This document shows, in pieces, positions 9,958 to 18,100 of a stretch of 20,000 nucleotides of DNA (position 1 is its first letter; each line of letters opens with the position of its first letter). The position numbers were made by a program, and so were the translations under genes. The notes under the pieces were generated by a model. The model had not been told where the DNA came from. It worked only from the letters and a program-made list of their open reading frames with translations, and searched no databases. The DNA lies in the IMG/VR virus record IMGVR_UViG_3300017734_000001; one strand, given 5' to 3'. The DNA comes from an uncultured virus (IMG/VR IMGVR_UViG_3300017734_000001) (Duplodnaviria > Heunggongvirae > Uroviricota > Caudoviricetes > Crassvirales).

Positions 9958-10599
9958 ATGAATAACAATATGAAACCATCACCGCTAAAAGTGCCAATAG
10001 GAGCCATAATGCAAGGCGTTCAAGGTCTAGCTGGTATAGCTGGAGGCATTATAGGTAGCCGATCAAGAAAACAAGAGCAACGTAATGCACAAGCAGAATA
10101 TGAAAGAAGAAAAGCGGATTATCAAAGTTTAGACACATCTAATCCATACCTAAACCAAGAGAACGTTTATGAAGATTTAACAGTAAACACTCAAGCGGCT
10201 GATTTCGCAGCGCAACAACAACAACAAGCTGCTGCTAACACTATGGATACGATGGCTAGCGCTGCTGGTGGATCTGGTATAGCTGCGTTAGCTCAAGCTA
10301 TGGCTGGTCAACAAGCTCAAAATTTACAAGGTGCATCAGCTAGTATAGCTCAACAAGAGTCTGCTAACGAGATGGCTCAAGCTAACATGGCTGGACAGTT
10401 ACAATCGCAAGAAAGACAAGGTGAGGTTTACTCTAGAAACTTACAAAAGGATAAAGTTGAAACATTGATGGGTATGTCGCAGCAAAGACTAGCGGCTGCA
10501 AATCAAGCTAGACAACAAGCTACGCAATCAATAATGGGTGGTGTAGGTAATTTAGTTGGAGGAGCTGCTCAAGGCTTCGACGCAATGAAAAGAGATTGA
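9958..10599 (+). CDS. Putative DNA ejection / pilot protein (small internal virion protein)
   Basis: 213 aa, rich in Ala/Gln/Gly. Gly-rich hydrophobic ends (GAIMQGVQGLAGIAGGIIG; IMGGVGNLVGGAAQG) flank a Q/A coiled coil, the architecture of P22 gp7 / T7 gp14-type ejection proteins. The start could also be the ATG at 9970. Confidence 0.65.
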   Translation: MNNNMKPSPLKVPIGAIMQGVQGLAGIAGGIIGSRSRKQEQRNAQAEYERRKADYQSLDTSNPYLNQENVYEDLTVNTQAADFAAQQQQQAAANTMDTMASAAGGSGIAALAQAMAGQQAQNLQGASASIAQQESANEMAQANMAGQLQSQERQGEVYSRNLQKDKVETLMGMSQQRLAAANQARQQATQSIMGGVGNLVGGAAQGFDAMKRD

Positions 10600-10601
10600 T
10601 A

Positions 10602-12134
10602 ATGGCAAAACAAAATGAATTAATAGCACAGCAAGGTCTTATCTACAATAGTAGATACTATGACCCTTCTTTGTCCCTAGCACAACCTTTTGCTAGAGCT
10701 GAAAGAGTTATAGATTACAATAACAGACGTAGAAGGGCTAATAAAGCTGCAGCTGAAGCTAAAGTTTCTCAATACGTAGAAAATCTAGCAGGTGATTTGC
10801 CAAACATAAGTAAGATATCTCCAAAGTACAGAAACAAAATAAACGAGTTTTTAGTAAGTAAAAGAAGAGAGTATACTAACGCAAGTAAAGTTATAGGTAG
10901 ATTTGCACCAGGCACAACTGCATATATGGAAGCTGTGTCTAAAATGAACTCCATAAGTGACTCATTTAAAAACCTTAGTAATCAGTTTGATTTATTTAAA
11001 AAACTAAAAACAGAAGAGCTACCTGACTTTCAAAATAGATTATTGTCTGAAGCTAATAATCCAAACAATATAAGTTTAATGTCTAGTATACTTACGGATG
11101 AGCTTGACGTTGAGGTTGGTGAAGGTGGTAGTTTAAGTTTCGTTCAACAGGTTCAAGATGAACTAGGTAACATAAGTTTATCTCAAACTAGTTTAAACGA
11201 TTTACCTAAGTATTTTAATAAAGACTTTGATACAGCCACAAAGATTATAGAAATGAATAAAACTTTGTATAATGGCAGTAAAAAAATGACGCCAGCTATG
11301 GCTAAGTTTGTTGAAATGCAACTTAGAAACCATATGATGCAAGGTGGTAGAGAAACAGTTTTGTCTTTAGCTGTTGATGATTTTATCATACCAGATGGTT
11401 TAGGTTTAGATGACGATCTTCTTTTTAACGAAGAAAGACACGACGAACTTGTTGATGTTGTGGTAGATCAATACTTGAACATGTTAAAACAATCTGCTGA
11501 TACTGGATACGAGTCAAGAAGAGCTGCTGATATTCAGACTATAAAAGACAGAAAAGCTGCAAGTGGAACTAGCAGTACTAGTACTAGCAACGAAGAGACA
11601 GACTTGTTTACACCTGGCCAAAGACAAGATATTATGTTAAACCAACAGTTTGCTCAAAACATAAAAAATAGAGCTAAAGATATGTTTGATAGAATAAACG
11701 ATCCTAGCATGCTAGCAAATTTTGATGGTAGATTTAATGAATTATCAGATTTATACATAAAAACTATAGGCATGAATAGCCCAGACATGGCTAACAGATA
11801 TATAGATAGAAATAGACACTACGAAATGTGGAAACAACAACACAAGGATGTTCCAGATTTTGACGTGCAAGGTGAGTATAACAAAAGATTTGGTGCTGGT
11901 GATAGAATATTTGTAAACCTAACAGGCCAAGGTAGAGATTTAGGTAATGTATTTCAATATCAAGCCGTAGACCCTTTTGTTAACGCTGCCGATTTTGATC
12001 AATTCTACAGAGATTTACTTATAACATCTGGCATGGATCCAAAAACAGCTAACTACTTTGTTTATGGAATAGAAGGCATGACAGGCGGTGAAGACGCTGC
12101 TGATGATGAAGGTGTATTAAACGTATCAAATTAA
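10602..12134 (+). CDS. Putative internal virion (ejection/cargo) protein
   Basis: The ORF track starts at TTG 10596, but ATG 10602 (MAKQ..., 510 aa) just after the upstream TGA is more plausible. Mostly helical, with an acidic C-terminus. It is the middle gene of a small/medium/huge triad typical of podophage ejection proteins. Confidence 0.55.
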   Translation: MAKQNELIAQQGLIYNSRYYDPSLSLAQPFARAERVIDYNNRRRRANKAAAEAKVSQYVENLAGDLPNISKISPKYRNKINEFLVSKRREYTNASKVIGRFAPGTTAYMEAVSKMNSISDSFKNLSNQFDLFKKLKTEELPDFQNRLLSEANNPNNISLMSSILTDELDVEVGEGGSLSFVQQVQDELGNISLSQTSLNDLPKYFNKDFDTATKIIEMNKTLYNGSKKMTPAMAKFVEMQLRNHMMQGGRETVLSLAVDDFIIPDGLGLDDDLLFNEERHDELVDVVVDQYLNMLKQSADTGYESRRAADIQTIKDRKAASGTSSTSTSNEETDLFTPGQRQDIMLNQQFAQNIKNRAKDMFDRINDPSMLANFDGRFNELSDLYIKTIGMNSPDMANRYIDRNRHYEMWKQQHKDVPDFDVQGEYNKRFGAGDRIFVNLTGQGRDLGNVFQYQAVDPFVNAADFDQFYRDLLITSGMDPKTANYFVYGIEGMTGGEDAADDEGVLNVSN

Positions 12135-12145
12135 AATAAAATAAC

Positions 12146-15100
12146 ATGCTAGAAAAACTATACAATGTTTTGTATGATAAAAAATTATTCACACAAGACT
12201 TTGATAAATTTAAACAAGCTTGGAGTAACGAAGAATATAAGAAAAAAGTATACGACGTTGTAAACTCTAAGAAACTTTTCACGCAAGATTATGATGTTTT
12301 TGTAAACGCATATAGCGAGGGAAAGCAACAGGGCGATGTTGCAACGGATGCAGCTGCAGAGCCCGCAGAAGATTTGGCATCCACATCGGCAATTACTTCA
12401 TCGGACTTATCTTTACCAATACCTCAAAGTGAAGGGCCTGCTGATCCTGAAGCATACACTACAGATTTAGGATTAACTTACGGCGATCAAAGAACATCTC
12501 AAGAACAAATAGACGACTTTATGAATAATATGTACCAAGCTTTGTCAGCTACAGGTACATATGAATTTTTAAAAGAAAAAGATTTAGAAGAAAGATACTA
12601 CTACGCTGGTAAACTTATATCAAACCCTACAGGTTCACCTAAAGACATTAAATTATCTTATTACAATTACTTCAAAGACATAAAGATAAAAGGTGTAAAA
12701 GATCCTAAAGCTATACTAGAACCTTTGTTTTTAGATAAAGATCAAATAAAAGAAGATTATTTTAAAATTAAAAACCTTAAAAACGATTTAAATATAAAAG
12801 ACTTTTATGATCAAGGCGGAACAGAAGATGTGTTAATTAAAAACGCTGATGATGCTGTAGATGAATTGATTCACGAAAGTGATTACATGAACAAAGAGTT
12901 TTTACCTTACTTTTTTAAAAAATACGAAGAAGATTTTTACAATAAACAAATAGAAACAATAGAGTCAATGGAAGTAGATTTTATCGGTCAAGATGAACTA
13001 GATAAAATCGAAGCTGAAATGGAGAACTATCAACTAGAGATGCTAAAACAAGAGCTAGCTTCAGATGTTGGTTATAAAGATTTAGTTAGTAAAGTAACGA
13101 GTGTTGTTTCAAATGATTTAGGTATAGATATAAAAGCTTTAAATAAAACTAAAGTAATACCTAATTGGGCTGAAGGCTCTGATTTTTTAGAAGGTATATA
13201 CAGGTTTACTAAGCAATGGGCTAGCGGTGAAGCCGGTGAGAAAATGGCTAATATATCTAAAGAAAATAAAGGTATAGATAACTTTTTAAAAGCTTACCAA
13301 AGCGGAGAATACACGGAGCAAGAATTAGCTGAGATAGCTAAAGAAAATTTAACAGATGCAGACTTAACGCTTTTATATCCATCTAAGTCTGTAGCACTTA
13401 GTAGAGCTCAGTGGATTGGCGCTGATAATTACGAAGAACTGATAGATAAGGCTAGGGCAGGTATAAAAGATCCTGTCTCTTACTTGAAGAAAAAGAAAAA
13501 ATTTCTAAATAAGCAGTTTATTAATAGCATGCAAGACAGCGAAGAGCTTTCTAAAGTGTTATCCATAATGGACAATACTGAGTTTTTTGATGAAGATGGT
13601 GTTACTATTGATGATTTTCAAAGAATGGCAGGTGAACAGCTACCTCAAATGGCTCAAGCTATTCTAACTTTAGGTTACGGTACTTATATGCAGGAAGCTG
13701 GTGGTATATACGTAGAGTCAATGTATAAAATAGCGGAGGCTAAATATGGACCATTAGCTTTAGGTATGGCTAGTAAAGAACAAAAAGAACAAATGTTCTT
13801 AGAGATAATGGAAGCTGGAGAAGATAATCCAGATGCAGCTATTGAAGGTGGTGTTATAAACGCTGGTTTAGATTTTGGTTCATCAATTTTTGTAGTAACA
13901 AAGGCTGGTAAATTTATACCTAAACAAGCCTGGAGATCTTTGCTTAGAGGTGAGTTTAAAAAAGCCTTAAAAAAAGCTGGAGGTAAAGACTTGCTAGAAG
14001 ATGCTTTAAAAATATCTATAGCAGAAAGTATTACAGAGGGTTCTCAAGAGACAGTTTCTATGCTTAAAGTAGGTAAAAGCACAGGTTACTACAATTTTGA
14101 TCCAAAAAGAATAAAAGAAGGTGCAGCTCAAGGTTTTGCTAGTTCATTACTGTTTTTTGGTTTAGGTAAGAGTAGATCTGCTTATAATTATTTAACAGAT
14201 GGCATTGGTTTACAATACTCTAGATTTAAAAATAAAGATCACATATTAAATTTAATTAAACTAGAAAAACAAAAAATAAAACAAGATCTTAAAAATGGCA
14301 ATATAACAAAACAAGAAGCCATTGATAAAGTTAAGAAAGCCAACGCTAAAAGAGATGTTATAGTTGATAACGATGTTTACAATGTTTCTGAAAATAACAG
14401 ACAACAAGCATTTGACGCTACAGAAGCTGTTGTTGATGAACAAGTTAAACTTGACACAGCGCTAGACAACCTAAAGCAAGCAAAAAACAACCCTTCTGCT
14501 ACAGATCAAGATATTGAGTTTAGAGAGGCAGAGGTTAATAATCAAAAAGAAAGACTTGCAGATGCTAAATTTGAACTTAATAAAGCAAAGCAGAAAGACA
14601 ATGCTAGTAAAGATATAAGCAGAGCTTCTAATAGAATTAATCAAACAAAAGAAGGTGAATTAGCTGATAAACAACTTATTACATTTAGAACTAGAAAAGA
14701 AGCAGCTGCATTTGTAAAAAGATACAAAATAAAAGTAGACGCAAATATTGAAGGGTTACTAAATGGTGGGGCCTCAGGAGCAGCTTTAGCGCCTGGACAG
14801 ACTATAAGATACAAAGGTGAAGATATAGTGCCAGCTTTTGTTGTGAAACAAACAATAAATGAGCAAATCGATAATTCTACTAGACAAAACGATTTTAGTT
14901 TACGATCTGCTTTTGCGGCTAGTCACGAGGTTAATCACTTTATATTAGATACCGTTGACCCAAAAGTGTTAGATGGTGTTGTATCTAAGTTAAAAAACGA
15001 CATGCGTAATTCTGGAGACATCGAAACTAATGCGGTTTTAGAGATTGTTGAAACCATGATGGTGGAATATGTAAAAAAAGATCCAAAAATATCTAGAGAC

Positions 15101-18100
15101 TATTTAAACCAAGAGTTTTTAGCTGGTTTAGGTGATGTGCTACAAACTTTTAAAGCTTTAAAACCTAAATCTCCATTTCAAAGAATGTTTATAGACTTTG
15201 GTGAATCTATTTCAAAAATTATAAACGCTAACACAGGATTAAATGTAAACTACAACGATGCTAATTCTGTGCTAGGCTTTCTTAAAAATTATAACAAATT
15301 TTTAGGTAAAAATGCACCTATAGTAATAAAAAGTGGTACTGATATTGATGGCGAGAAAAAGTCTAGAGCTCAAATAAGCTTAGAGCAGCAGAAGAAGCTT
15401 TTAGTAGATGAGAATAAGATTTTAGCACCTATGATGCGTACTAACGCTTCTGCCGCTAAAAAAATACAGGAAAACGTAGATAAGATAAAAGCTATAAGTG
15501 CTCAAATAATAGAAGAAAAAGAGCTAGCAGAAAACTTAAAGTTTGCTCCTGGTTTATCTAAAAAAGCAAAAGATATTACAAGAAAAAATGAGCTCAATTG
15601 GAGTGAGCTTATGGATCCAGCTACTAAAGAATCTGACAAAACAGCTTTAAAAAATAAAATATACGAAGACAATCAAGGTACTATTATAAACATTATAAGA
15701 AAAACATTTAATCCAAATATAGAAAGCAATCTAACAGCTGAAGATTACGCACAAGCAATGCAGCTTGAAGCCTTGAAGATGATCGATTCTTACGAAAAGA
15801 CATATAACAAAAAGAAAGCAGAAGGTACATTAGCACCGTGGAACTTTTATTTAAAAGATAACTTACCTAAGAGACAAGGAGCTATACTTAAAAAACTTAT
15901 AGGTGATAAGTCTATGATGTTTATGGGTGATGCTACAGCTAGTATAGGTAGCGCTCAACTTGGTTATACACCTGATTATGGTAATTTTAGTAATGAAGAA
16001 TACATCGAACAACAAGGTGTAATAGTAGATGAAGTTTTAGCTTTCACACCAGAAATTAAAGCAGAAATAAGAGAGGCTGCTAAAAAAGTTTTATCAACTT
16101 TTAAAGGTGATTCAGGTGTTAATCTTAAAAAACAACTTGGCGATGCTCTTGAAGTAATGCTAAAGCCTTATATTCAAACAAATGTATTGGGTAGTAAGGT
16201 AAAGAAAAACTACAAAGGGCAAACGTATAGAGAGTTTATGCAGCAAAACTGGGAAGATATATATTCTATAATAGGTTTTGACGTTATAAATACCAGACTT
16301 ACATCTAGAACTAAACAAGAGAAAGCGGCTGGCATACCAAATCCTTTTATATTTAAAATAACTAAAGACGGTAAGCAAGTTAGAGATAGTAGATTAGAAG
16401 ACCTAACTGGTAAAGGTAGAGGTAAAGCTAAAAAGAGAATAGTTAATCAAGAAGAGTTTATAAAATTCTTTTTTGGTGAATTAGTAAATCCTTCTACACA
16501 AGGTACTAGAAAAGATACTTTAGCAGAAATAATAGCTAGAGAAGCTGGCTTAGATCAAATAAGCTGGATGCTAGAAAACGATACTGAGTTTTTAGATTTA
16601 TTTAAACAAAAACAAGACTTGTTAGGTACTCTTATAGATAATGATTACATCGAGAGTATACAAAGACAAATTGACAGGTTTGATGGTTCAAGAAGACCAG
16701 GGTCAAGAGCACAGTTAGTCATAGACAGCGCTAACTACAACGGTTTAAGCTCTAGCGCTGCTATGAACGTATTAGAAGACATTAAAAACAACGAGATAAT
16801 AGATTACAAGTCTCAACCATTAAATCGATTTAGAAATGATGTTTTAGACATGATAAGAGTTGGTAATGCTTACGCTGCTATAGATTTATACCATACCCCA
16901 ACAGACGAAGACATTAAGGTTGATGGTAAGTATAAACTTAACAATGAAGGCTTACAACTATCAAATGTTAAATCGGATGGTGATGTTAGTGTAAGAGTTA
17001 AAATTAGCTCAGCTGGAAACTTATTTGTGCCTAAAGAGTTTTCTTGGAATGGTGGATTTAGCATAATGAGATCTTTAGATATAGAGTTAAAAGGTTATGA
17101 TGTTGCTATGTCTAGAATACCAGACGAAGATGGTAGTTATTTTGCTAAATGGTTAGTTGATAATAACATACTAACAAAAAAGCAAGTAGAAAAAGATGCT
17201 AGCGCTAGTGGTATAAGAGAAACTTTAGTGTCTGAAGGTTATACTTCAATAACATATCCTAAAGCTGATGGTAGCTTTGGCTATATAATACTAAACAACG
17301 AAGCTTTTGACTTGTCTTTTGATAATAAAATAAACAATCAAATAAAAAGCTTAATGAGTGATTCAGGCTCAAGAGCTCAGTTGGTTGGTATGAAGGGAAA
17401 AATGAGTGAGATCATTGAGCAGAAATCAAAAGGTAAAATAAAAGCCAATGAAGTATTATCTAACGCTGCTGCAAGAAACATGCGTAGAAAAGCTGGACTT
17501 AACTTTAGCAATCTATATGTTCCTTATCAACTAGAAGACTTTGTAGGTTTAACATATGCTTTCACGCCAGAAGGTAAAAAAGGTGAAGCCGCTCAAGAGT
17601 TTATAAAAGAAAGAGTGATGAATCCTTATTTTGAAGCTAAAGAGCAGTATAGAGTTTTTCAGCAAAACTTAAACGCTAACTTTAATAGATTACTTAGTGA
17701 TGTTGGTATTACAGCTAAAACACTTAAAGAAACAGTAGACATACTAGGTAAACCGTTTACTAAAGATCAAATAGTTAGAGCTTATTTGTTTTCTACACAA
17801 GGAGCTGATATAGATCCTTCTATATTAAGCCCAAAAGAAATACAAGCTTCATTAGACTATATAAAGTCAGATGAAAAGCTTTTGATGCTTGCAGCAATGC
17901 TACCAACAATACTAGATAACAAAGGCGGTTGGGTACGGTATAGAGGTGAAATGCACGAAACTTTATCTATTGATATAGTTAAGTTTGCAGAAGGTAAAAG
18001 AAAAATATTTTTTGAAAGATTTAAAGACAATATAGATATAATATTTGATCCTCAAATAAAAGAAAAGTTAAGAGGTTTGCTAGGTGAAACATACGTTAAA

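Noticed and set aside
11565..11720. Short palindromes AGTACTAGTACT and CTAGCATGCTAG in the 510-aa gene
   Set aside because: They lie inside coding sequence, are explained by a Ser/Thr low-complexity linker and codon usage, and have no spacer structure.
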